The notes below the pieces were generated by a model. That model saw only the letters and a list, made by a program, of their open reading frames with translations. It was not told where the DNA came from and ran no database searches. Below are positions 48,110 through 57,080 of a stretch of DNA of 64,000 nt, piece by piece; position 1 is the first letter of the stretch; every line of letters starts with the position of its first letter. The stretch is from Thermoplasmata archaeon (GTDB lineage: Archaea > Thermoplasmatota > Thermoplasmata > RBG-16-68-12 > SOIM01). The DNA lies in the NCBI GenBank assembly GCA_023140195.1, contig JAGLME010000004.1, positions 8,578-72,577 on the forward strand, written 5' to 3'. The position numbers and the translations under genes are program-made.

Positions 48110-50236
48110 CTATTCTTGCACCATATCCTCTGGCTCTTCTTCAGCGGGATCTTCATCTTCATCTTCATCTGAGGGTTCTTCCTCCGTAACAAGGGCCGCC
48201 TTCTTCCTCCTTGTCAGGATCAGAACAACTACAAGAACGACCACGATCACCACGATTGCGGCAATGATAAGAATGAGGTCAATGCCGGGTTCTGGGCGGT
48301 CTTCTGGATCTAGTAGATCTGTTCCGGCTCTGCATTCCTGCCCGTTGTCATATCCATCGTCGTCCCAATCATCGTCGGCATCTGTCGCGTTGACGGGGTC
48401 CATTCCGCAGTCGATCTCCTTCAGGTCGTCCACGCCGTCGCTGTCGCTGTCCGCAAAGTCGGGAAATGTCCCGTTGAGGTACTCTTCAAGATTGGTAAGA
48501 CCGTCCCCGTCGGGGTCAAGAGAGGAATCACCAGCGAACAAGGGGTCAAGTATCTGATAATCGAACTCATACCCATCTGGGATGCCGTCAGAGTCGGAAT
48601 CGGGATTTGTGGGGTCAGTACCTACGACGCCTTCAACAGTGTTGTCCAGACCGTCTCCGTCAATATCGCCATCACTGAAATCCGGCTCCCCGTCCCCATC
48701 GAGATCGTTCACGCTACCGTTGAATACCTCAGTGTGGCTCTTATCCATGAACACCGAACGGTTGTTCTGCTGGAAGGCCAGATCATACCACGACACATGG
48801 ATCCTTGTGATGTTGTTGATGAGAGTCGGTAGGTAGGTCATGTCAGTGACCACCATGAGCTGAGAGAACCCGCTGGCATCAGTGGTCACATTGTAGACCC
48901 GGTTGGACCCATCATAGACGTCCACACTTGCGTTTGCCAGATGTGTGCCGTTGTCATGAGAGATCACTTCGACCGTGAGGAAGTTCTGAATGTAAAGTAC
49001 TGAATCGTCGGCTGGGCTGATCGAAACGCCCGGATTCATCTGAAAGGTCGCGAAGGATGTGTTCACCAGGTGAACGGTACAGCCCCGAGAGAGCTCGAAC
49101 GTGAGGACCTCGACCTGGTCGACCGTTGAGTTCCAGAGCGTCGCCTTAGAATGGTCATATGCCAGAAATCCTTCCTTGAATCCAGTTACGGTCAGGTCCT
49201 CGAAGACAACATTGGCGTGGTCGTCCAGCTGGACACCTTTCCAATTGCCCAGAAGGGTGTCGCCTGTGGAGTTGACGATGGAGTTGACAATGTACATGCC
49301 GATAGTCTTGGAATCCATCACAAGGTTGCCCTTGGTGGTATCATTGGTGTTCAAAAGGTATATGCCCACGCTCATGAAGTGTATCTCGTTGCCTTCTATG
49401 GTCAAAGTGGATCCGACTGAGAGTATCCCATAGGGTGAAATTCCAGAAACATCCTTCTCGATGTAGTTGTCCCTGATGGTGCTGTTGGAGGAGATGGCAT
49501 GAATGGCCTTTTCCAGGTTGTTGACGAAATGGGAGTTGGTCACGTTGACCGAAGCGCCGTTCAGAACGAGTCCTTCCCTGGAGTAAGCGACGGTGATGTG
49601 GTCGAGAACTGACGTCTTATCGATGCTGCTGTACAATTTCAAAGAGGCCCAATCGCCAGAAGTTTTAGGGAGCAGGTTCGAAGTGAAGACGATGGGATTG
49701 GCTCCATCTCCTTGAGCGATTATCTTGCCTTCGACCGCCAAGCTCTTGTTCTGGTCGAAAGCGACAGTGGTCCCGGGTTCGATGGTGAGTGTTGCGTCAG
49801 TGGACACGAGTGTGGTTCTGCTGACAACGTGATTGCCCGGACCCCAGTGGTCAGGCACCGCGCTGAAGCTCTTGTTATTCACAATAGAGGCGTTCGCCGC
49901 ATAAGAAACGTTCACGAACCAGTCTCCCAGAGCCTCGACATGGTAGTAGCTCCAGGCGACCGCTTCAACATCTGGATCAATGATGTCAGTGAACGCCAGG
50001 CTGCCGTTGGGTGCATACCACTCGAATATGAGGTTGTCCACAGAGCCAGGATTGGGCTTGTTCTCCGAATCGAAATTGAGCCAGGAAAGGGCCTTGGCAG
50101 TTGAGTTGTTCAGGAAGTCGTTGACGATAAGATTGACGCCTGTCACCTCAACTGCCTGGACGGGCATAGGGACAGATACCAAAGAAAGGATGAGTAGAGA
50201 AGCCAGTATAACTCGCAGCCACTTCACACCATACAC
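48110..50236 (-). CDS. Surface protein: parallel beta-helix, TSP3-like Ca-binding repeats, TM anchor
   Basis: Signal; TLTIEPG, GDW; beta-helix repeats; DxDGDG repeats; TM, RRKK and acidic tail. Confidence 0.82.
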   Translation of the reverse strand: MYGVKWLRVILASLLILSLVSVPMPVQAVEVTGVNLIVNDFLNNSTAKALSWLNFDSENKPNPGSVDNLIFEWYAPNGSLAFTDIIDPDVEAVAWSYYHVEALGDWFVNVSYAANASIVNNKSFSAVPDHWGPGNHVVSRTTLVSTDATLTIEPGTTVAFDQNKSLAVEGKIIAQGDGANPIVFTSNLLPKTSGDWASLKLYSSIDKTSVLDHITVAYSREGLVLNGASVNVTNSHFVNNLEKAIHAISSNSTIRDNYIEKDVSGISPYGILSVGSTLTIEGNEIHFMSVGIYLLNTNDTTKGNLVMDSKTIGMYIVNSIVNSTGDTLLGNWKGVQLDDHANVVFEDLTVTGFKEGFLAYDHSKATLWNSTVDQVEVLTFELSRGCTVHLVNTSFATFQMNPGVSISPADDSVLYIQNFLTVEVISHDNGTHLANASVDVYDGSNRVYNVTTDASGFSQLMVVTDMTYLPTLINNITRIHVSWYDLAFQQNNRSVFMDKSHTEVFNGSVNDLDGDGEPDFSDGDIDGDGLDNTVEGVVGTDPTNPDSDSDGIPDGYEFDYQILDPLFAGDSSLDPDGDGLTNLEEYLNGTFPDFADSDSDGVDDLKEIDCGMDPVNATDADDDWDDDGYDNGQECRAGTDLLDPEDRPEPGIDLILIIAAIVVIVVVLVVVLILTRRKKAALVTEEEPSDEDEDEDPAEEEPEDMVQE

Positions 50237-50258
50237 CTCACTCTCAATTCAGGTATCT

Positions 50259-53200
50259 CTATTTAGCGTTTTCTGGGACAATATCGTCTCCCGTCCCTTC
50301 ATTCCCATTTCCGCCGTCATCGATCTGGACGGGTTTCCTGATGAGCAGAAGAAGCGGCACTGAAAGCCCCACAAAGAGAATCACTAAGTCCACCGCCAAT
50401 CCAGCTCCGGCCACAGGAGGAATGCTGAGCGCTCCAGTTGCCGCAGAAACACCTCCAGTCATGCCTTCGGCTATGGCGAAAGGCAGGAACCAGTACTTCT
50501 TCATCTTGTCATCCACGTCCAGCTTCAAGAGGACCAGTACACCCACTAACAGGAGGATGATGGTGAGAACGAGCGCAAGAACAGGCTTGTAATTCGCTTG
50601 CTCCGCTGGTGCGGGTTCCAACACTTCGAAAGACCCGTCATTGCTGGCCCAATTCCCTCCGTCGTCTCTAGCCCAGACTGCAATGTTATAGATCCCAAAT
50701 TGATCATAGTTGAGCTCAGCCACATATCCACCATGGGCCGCATCATAATCCACCGTAACATTGTCTACGATAACTCCGCCAGGACCGGTCACTTCAACGC
50801 GCACCTCTTCCACAGAGCCATCGTCACTGACGCCGATAATCACTGAAACCATCTCTCCTTCCTCAACTTCTGGTGGTTGAATGGCAACGATCTCAACGTT
50901 AGGTGGATTGTCGACCACAACGACTGGGACGACATACAGAATCGCGTACTCCGACGGAGTGATGTTGAGGTTGTTCCAGGCATCCCAACCGTAGACCCAG
51001 ATCTCATACGTTCCCTCGGGGAGGGTCGATGTGTCCATCGTGAATTCGAGAACCTCATTGGGAGTGTCCAGGGGCGGGATCGAAGGTGTCATCATGGTCG
51101 AGTTCTCCCAAGAAAGGGAAGGAGAGGTGAAGTTCGCTCCGCCGATGATCGAATCTCCTCTAAGTGAATCATCAACCCGCGCGGAAAGAGTCACGCTGGA
51201 AGTCCCCGCCAGTATCGTTTTTGCAGCCATACCGTCTATCATCACATCAGAGACCACAGGGGGCAGATCGTCCACGACATCCAGGGTAGCACACGCTCCG
51301 GTAGTGTTGTGATTACCTTCTTGGTCGGAACCGTACACGCAGTATGTGTAAGTTCCAGGCTGCGATGGAGTGCCAACCGTTGCTTCCACATCCTCTACGA
51401 CCTCGTCCCAAGATCCGTCGGCAGGACTCATCGGAATGCCTGGCCAGGAACCTGGACCCAAAGTACGGTTGGCGGCACCAATCAGAGACGCGCCAGTTGA
51501 GGAATCATCCAAGACTGCAGTGAGAACAAATGACGGTGGAAGTGAGGAAAGGAAGAGGGTCTGCGAAGATGATCCATCCAGAAGGACGCTGATTATCTCC
51601 GGTGGAAGAGTGTCAATGGCTCCTGGAGGATTCACGATCAAGGTCCCGCATGAACCGACAGTGTTGTTGTTGAAGGCTTCATCCCATCCGTACGCGCAGA
51701 GGTCGTAGCTCCCCACGCTCATTGATGACGTGTCAACGGTGGCGTGGAAGCCTTCCATTATCGAGTCAAGGAAATCGTCCGGTATCATGGGCGTGGAGTT
51801 GACCCAGTTCTGAGATGGAGAAGTATAGTTGGCGCCAGCAATAATCGACCCACCGGTCAAAGAGTCGTCAACGGTGGCGAACAGTGTGACGGTCGGAGAC
51901 CCCACTGCGATGTTCCTCACGGGAATGCCGTCGATGAGGACCCCGCTCACGTCGGGAGCTATGTCGTCGAATACTGTAAGAGTCGCACAAGATCCGGTTT
52001 CGTTCAGATTGGGTATGGCGTCCCAACCGTACACGCAGAACTGCCAGCTCCCTGGATTGATGGGTGGGGAAGGCGATGTATGGAATCCCTCGACTGGAGT
52101 ATCGAGTATGCCGTCGGGTGTCATGAGCGTCGATGTGGGCCAATTGGCTGGACCCGTGGTGTAGTTCGCACCTCCGATGATGGAGTTGCCAGTAGCAGAA
52201 TCGTCCATGGTAGCAGTCAGAATCAAGGCGGGTATTGAAGACACGCCGTACATTGCGGCGGTCATCCCATTGACGTAAACGTCCAGAATGGCCGGAGGAT
52301 CGGTTTCCAACGCCACGATGAGGGTCGCGCACGTGTCGGTCAGGTTGTTGTTTGGCACATCGTCCCAGCCATAGACACAGAATGTGTACGTCCCGGATAT
52401 CAGAGCACCGGTCGGAACGGTCGCAGCGAAGTCCTCAAGCGAGGAGTCTAGAGGAGGGTTCACTGGGTTCATTGCAGTTCCAGGGAAAGCAGCCGGACCA
52501 TTCGTGTAGTTCGCGCCTCCTATCAGAGAGTTCCCGGTCGAAGTATCGTCCACGGTAGCCGTCAGCTGGACACTGGGAATGCCTTCCAGGATCACTCGAA
52601 CAGTGAGACCGTCGATCAGGACATTGCGCACTTCGGGTGCCAGGTCATCAAGAACGGTTAGATCAGCACAAGCCCCCAGAGTGTTGTAGTTTGGGACCTC
52701 GTCCCAGCCATATGTGCACACCTGATGAACCCCAACCGAGAATAAAGGACCATCCAGCGCAGCGTTGAATCCTTCTACGGATGTATCAAGAACATTGTCA
52801 GGTGTCATAGGGGCCGAAGTAGGCCAGTTCTGTGGGCCGAGTGTACGATTCGCTCCGCCGATATTGGAACCACCAGTGGTCGAATCATCCACTGTCGCGG
52901 TAAGTGTGAGAGCAGGAATGGAAGATATTCCGAAAGAGTAGGACGGCTGACCGTTTATCAGGACATTGGTGACCAAGGGTGCCTGGGTGTCGACAGCGAC
53001 GTTCAGGGTCGCACAATCTCCATCTGTATTGTAGTTCGGGATAACATCCCAACCATACACGCAGATCTCGTAGGATCCGAATCCAAGTGTTGATGTGTCT
53101 ACGGTAGCGTGGAACCCTTCGATCGGGCTGTCCAGAAAGTCATCAGGTATCATCAGAGAGGAGTTGGTCCAGTCCTTTTGCGGTGAAGTGTAGTTCGCCC

Positions 53201-54857
53201 CGACTATGTTTGAGTCTCCGGTTGATGAGTCGTCAAGGGTCCCGGTGAGAAATACGCTCGGAGTGCCTGCAGGAATCGTTCTTATGGCAAATCCATCGAT
53301 GAGAACATTGACAACAGGAGGTAGATCGTCGATAATGGTAAGGGTTGCACAAGAGCCAATGGTGTTATCATTGGGGACGATGTCCCATCCGTAGACACAG
53401 TACTGCCAGGTGCCCATTGAGGTTGGAGGAACGACATCGAAATGGAAGCCTTCGGTGGGAGAGTCCAGGAAGTCGTCAGGTACCATCATAGTTGATGTCG
53501 GCCAGTTCTGCGGACCGATGGTGAAGTTCGCGCCTCCAATGACCGAATTGCCCCTGGCGGAGTCGTCCACCGTTGCAGTGAGAGATACGGTAGCCGGAAG
53601 AGATGACATTGGGTATGTCTGTGCAGGCATGCCATCCAGCAGAACGTTCAGCACATCTGGCGGTGTGTTGTCCACGGGCGGAGCTTCGAACCCTCTCCTA
53701 TAGAATATGTCCTGGTCCCCGTCCCCCTGGTCCTCCCAGACCACGTGAACGACCCCGTTATCTGACGCCACGTATGGGTTCCACTGGTTCTCGGATGCCA
53801 CATCACCGCTGATCTCTTGTATGGCCGTCCATGATGTGCCATCGAACTGACGGTAGACGATGTCCCAGTCGCCGTCCCCTCGATCGGCCCATACTGTGTG
53901 GACCTTTCCGAACTCGGCTGCCACCGAAGGCACGTCCTGGAACTCGGTCCCGCTGTCAATGCTTATTTCAGTTATGGAAGAGAAGGTCGATCCGTCCCAG
54001 CTCCTGTGAAAAATGTCCCTATCGGTCCCCTGGACTTCTTGCCAGACCACGTGAAGTTTGCCGGAATCGTATGATATGTCGAGTTCATCCTGGGCTTCGC
54101 TCGCGGAGTCCTGGCTTACCTCGGTGATTGCTCCCCATGAGACTCCATTGAACACCTTCATCATGATATCGGTGTCCCCACCGCCGGCGTCGACCCATGC
54201 CACGAACACCCTGCCACCGCCCGCTGCGATACACGGGGAGGTCTGGGCCTCTGTTCCGACGTCCGCGCTCAATTCCTGCACCGAACTCCAGGAGACACCG
54301 TTATGAAACCTGTAGTATACATCCCAATCGCCATCCCTACCATCCTGCCAGACGACATGTACATTCCCACCGGAAACTGCCACTCTTGGATATTGCTGGG
54401 TCTCGATCCCGACATCCACACTTACCTCCTGGATCGGACCCAGGACGCCTGCAGATCTGCTCCGGTACATGATATCCCAGTCGCCGCTGATAGGGTCCTG
54501 CCACACGGTGTGAACCGTGCTACCCTCGACCGCAACGTCAGGCAGCCACTGGTCCACGGACCGGTCGTCCGTGTTCAGCTCCTCTTCGAGCTGCCATGCC
54601 GCGCCGTCGTGCTCCCTGAGGAATATGTCGTAGTCCCTGTCCCCGTTGTCAGACCACACCGCATAGGCCTTGCCAGCGTCCGCAGCGATCGCGGGATATC
54701 TCTGGTATTCTATCCTTTTGTCCTCACTGACCTCCTCTATGGGGTCCCAGGTGATGGCCAATGCTCCAGGTACAAAGAACAGTGGTGCGAGAAAGGACAT
54801 GAGAACTAGAACTGAGACCAAGATGCCACTTTCTCTCCTACCTAGAAGACCGCTCAT
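50259..54857 (-). CDS. Large surface protein: 7-blade beta-propeller, eight Ig-like repeats, C-terminal multi-TM anchor
   Basis: Seven ~51-aa repeats (VHVVWxD..GDxDI.YR); eight ~113-aa repeats; hydrophobic C-terminus. Confidence 0.82.
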   Translation of the reverse strand: MSGLLGRRESGILVSVLVLMSFLAPLFFVPGALAITWDPIEEVSEDKRIEYQRYPAIAADAGKAYAVWSDNGDRDYDIFLREHDGAAWQLEEELNTDDRSVDQWLPDVAVEGSTVHTVWQDPISGDWDIMYRSRSAGVLGPIQEVSVDVGIETQQYPRVAVSGGNVHVVWQDGRDGDWDVYYRFHNGVSWSSVQELSADVGTEAQTSPCIAAGGGRVFVAWVDAGGGDTDIMMKVFNGVSWGAITEVSQDSASEAQDELDISYDSGKLHVVWQEVQGTDRDIFHRSWDGSTFSSITEISIDSGTEFQDVPSVAAEFGKVHTVWADRGDGDWDIVYRQFDGTSWTAIQEISGDVASENQWNPYVASDNGVVHVVWEDQGDGDQDIFYRRGFEAPPVDNTPPDVLNVLLDGMPAQTYPMSSLPATVSLTATVDDSARGNSVIGGANFTIGPQNWPTSTMMVPDDFLDSPTEGFHFDVVPPTSMGTWQYCVYGWDIVPNDNTIGSCATLTIIDDLPPVVNVLIDGFAIRTIPAGTPSVFLTGTLDDSSTGDSNIVGANYTSPQKDWTNSSLMIPDDFLDSPIEGFHATVDTSTLGFGSYEICVYGWDVIPNYNTDGDCATLNVAVDTQAPLVTNVLINGQPSYSFGISSIPALTLTATVDDSTTGGSNIGGANRTLGPQNWPTSAPMTPDNVLDTSVEGFNAALDGPLFSVGVHQVCTYGWDEVPNYNTLGACADLTVLDDLAPEVRNVLIDGLTVRVILEGIPSVQLTATVDDTSTGNSLIGGANYTNGPAAFPGTAMNPVNPPLDSSLEDFAATVPTGALISGTYTFCVYGWDDVPNNNLTDTCATLIVALETDPPAILDVYVNGMTAAMYGVSSIPALILTATMDDSATGNSIIGGANYTTGPANWPTSTLMTPDGILDTPVEGFHTSPSPPINPGSWQFCVYGWDAIPNLNETGSCATLTVFDDIAPDVSGVLIDGIPVRNIAVGSPTVTLFATVDDSLTGGSIIAGANYTSPSQNWVNSTPMIPDDFLDSIMEGFHATVDTSSMSVGSYDLCAYGWDEAFNNNTVGSCGTLIVNPPGAIDTLPPEIISVLLDGSSSQTLFLSSLPPSFVLTAVLDDSSTGASLIGAANRTLGPGSWPGIPMSPADGSWDEVVEDVEATVGTPSQPGTYTYCVYGSDQEGNHNTTGACATLDVVDDLPPVVSDVMIDGMAAKTILAGTSSVTLSARVDDSLRGDSIIGGANFTSPSLSWENSTMMTPSIPPLDTPNEVLEFTMDTSTLPEGTYEIWVYGWDAWNNLNITPSEYAILYVVPVVVVDNPPNVEIVAIQPPEVEEGEMVSVIIGVSDDGSVEEVRVEVTGPGGVIVDNVTVDYDAAHGGYVAELNYDQFGIYNIAVWARDDGGNWASNDGSFEVLEPAPAEQANYKPVLALVLTIILLLVGVLVLLKLDVDDKMKKYWFLPFAIAEGMTGGVSAATGALSIPPVAGAGLAVDLVILFVGLSVPLLLLIRKPVQIDDGGNGNEGTGDDIVPENAK

Positions 54858-54991
54858 GCAAATCTCCTCGCAGATGGCTTCTGCCAACTGACGCACCAAC
54901 CCAAGAATCCTGAGTGCTTAAGTAATTTTCAGCCTGGATATCAGTCTCGTGCTCCCCAAATAAAAAGAAGAAAGGGAGAGTGGTTGCGGCT

Positions 54992-56761
54992 CTACTTGCA
55001 GATAAAGCCGTCGCCAACTTCCAGGTCGAAGCTGAATGTATCCGTCCCACCATCGTCATCCGTGACGGTCAGTGTGACGGTGTAGGTACCAGCAACTCCG
55101 TATGTGTGGTAGGTCGTGTCCGTGACGATTATGGGTGGCATCTGTCCGGTTATGTTCGTGTACCACGGGTCCCATGGAGCGCCAAGTGGTTCGTACGGGC
55201 TGCCAGGCGGGAATGCCGGGTCGGGCCCTCTCAATGGGTCGTACAGGTACAGGTTGGACGTCCAATTGGCGTCGCCCCAGTCCCAGTCGAACGTAAGATC
55301 GTCCGACCCTGGATCGGTCGCGGTCGCAACGAACTTTATTGGCACTCCGGCAGCTGCACCGACGTTCAGGTCAATGATCCACGGCTCGACGTGGTTCCAG
55401 TGATCGCTGTCCCTCTTGATCGACTGCTGGACGTTGAAGGTGTGGCCCTCCTTGCAGGTTGTTCCATCCGGGAAGGTGGCTGTCAACCAGATCGGGTTCG
55501 CACCCCACAGCTGTCCGTTTATGGGTTGGTCGCCCAAGATGGCGTCACCCTGGTCCTCGAACGGATCGTAGGTGATAATTGCCGTGTAGGTGTCCTGTCC
55601 ACTCACATCGATGGCTATTGGAATGGAAGCTCCAGTGCTCGGATTCTGGTCCGGGGGTCCGGGCCATCTCTCCACTTCCATTGCACCGATCTCTTCATCC
55701 CAGGTCTCATTAATCGGATCGTAGTTCTTGACCACTTTGAGCTCGACGTTGTGCCACTTCTCACCAGCTACCCTTATGCTCAGCTCGAACTCTATGAACG
55801 CACCCTCGAAGTCCAGTTCTGGGGCCACGTTCAAGACGGTCACATGCTGGTATGCAGAGGCGAAAAGGCCGTCATCATCCGTGACGGTTAGCTTGACATC
55901 GACCTCGTAGTCGTCCCACCAAGTGAAGGTCACGATCGGACCAACGGCGTCAACATCGTTTGAAGGGTCTCCATCGCCATCCGAATCGACATCGGCGTCG
56001 AAGTCCCACTCGTAGCTGACTATTTCTCCGTCAGGATCGTTTGAGCAGGTTCCGTCGAACACTACCTCATTCCCCTCGTTGACGGTTCTCTCTTCTCCGC
56101 CCACGATACAGGGAATCGGTGGTTCCTTGTCCTGCGGTAGCGTCTCGGAAGATACCATGGTGACATCATGACCGTTGGGCGTCTTTGCCAACGTAATGGT
56201 GTCAAAAGCATCGAAGTGTATCTCGAAGTCCGGGCTCGGATCGGGTCCGAACAAGACACTTACTGTTAGGTATACAGTGCTCTTTGCCGGCACGGTCCCA
56301 GGTGCATGATGATATACATCCCATATCGCGTCCGTTCCAACATACACGTGATGCCGTCCACCGTGGGACTCGTCAAAGGGATTGTATTCGGTTGAACCGA
56401 AATCTCCCAGATAATGTGTGGAACTCTCGATCGTTATGCTCACAAAGTCGTCCGCGGTCGTCTCTGGTGGTGGCAGATCTGGTCCATGTATGGCCATGGC
56501 GATCCTGAGGTCCACGAGCGGATCCTTGCCACGGTTCTCCACGATCAGGGTGAAGTTATACACACCATTAGGCGTGTATTCTGCTGGGCAAATGAATCCC
56601 CCAGCTTGCCATCCGCCGCCGTGAGCCCTTTGTCCGGGATCACAATCCAGCCATATGTGCGCCGCACTCCCCGCCGAAACAGAGAGTGGTAGATACGACA
56701 GCGACATCACTATTGCCAGAATCATAACTACGGCTTTGTTTCCGTTTCTTGTCTCTTGCAT
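54992..56761 (-). CDS. Secreted PKD-domain protein
   Basis: Signal; FDGTCSNDPDGEIVSYEWDF, LTVTDDDG twice, DPGSDDLTFDWDWGD. Confidence 0.85.
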   Translation of the reverse strand: MQETRNGNKAVVMILAIVMSLSYLPLSVSAGSAAHIWLDCDPGQRAHGGGWQAGGFICPAEYTPNGVYNFTLIVENRGKDPLVDLRIAMAIHGPDLPPPETTADDFVSITIESSTHYLGDFGSTEYNPFDESHGGRHHVYVGTDAIWDVYHHAPGTVPAKSTVYLTVSVLFGPDPSPDFEIHFDAFDTITLAKTPNGHDVTMVSSETLPQDKEPPIPCIVGGEERTVNEGNEVVFDGTCSNDPDGEIVSYEWDFDADVDSDGDGDPSNDVDAVGPIVTFTWWDDYEVDVKLTVTDDDGLFASAYQHVTVLNVAPELDFEGAFIEFELSIRVAGEKWHNVELKVVKNYDPINETWDEEIGAMEVERWPGPPDQNPSTGASIPIAIDVSGQDTYTAIITYDPFEDQGDAILGDQPINGQLWGANPIWLTATFPDGTTCKEGHTFNVQQSIKRDSDHWNHVEPWIIDLNVGAAAGVPIKFVATATDPGSDDLTFDWDWGDANWTSNLYLYDPLRGPDPAFPPGSPYEPLGAPWDPWYTNITGQMPPIIVTDTTYHTYGVAGTYTVTLTVTDDDGGTDTFSFDLEVGDGFICK

Positions 56762-56795
56762 TTTTCTTCCTCCTTAGAGGTCAAAAGGTATTTGT

Positions 56796-56819
56796 GTCCC
56801 TTTCCCCATGGAAAGGGAC
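56796..56819 (-). promoter_or_regulatory. Perfect 10-bp hairpin in the leader of the PKD gene
   Basis: GTCCCTTTCC-CCAT-GGAAAGGGAC, about 20 nt upstream of the AGGAGG RBS. Confidence 0.5.
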
Positions 56820-57080
56820 CACCGTAAACGGCTATGCGCCCCTCCCCGGCGCCCACAGGCAGTCTCCCCCTCTCCTATTAGGTTTGAGATCCTTACCGCG
56901 TTGCTTTGCTTATTGGTCTGTAGATATATAAGAGAAATCTGGTCTTCACCAAGTTAGTTACCAATTACCAACCATGAAAACTAGATTGAAAACCTTTAAA
57001 AAGAGCCAGATTCTGTCATCACTCCCAGGTTAGCCACGAAAGTAATAAATCTACTACATCTGATATGAAGGCTGGGAACC

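Noticed and set aside
54980-55891. 303-aa plus-strand ORF
   Set aside because: Antisense shadow of the PKD gene.
56780-56900. Known riboswitch class (c-di-GMP, cobalamin, TPP) in the leader
   Set aside because: The consensus motifs of those classes were not found by eye.
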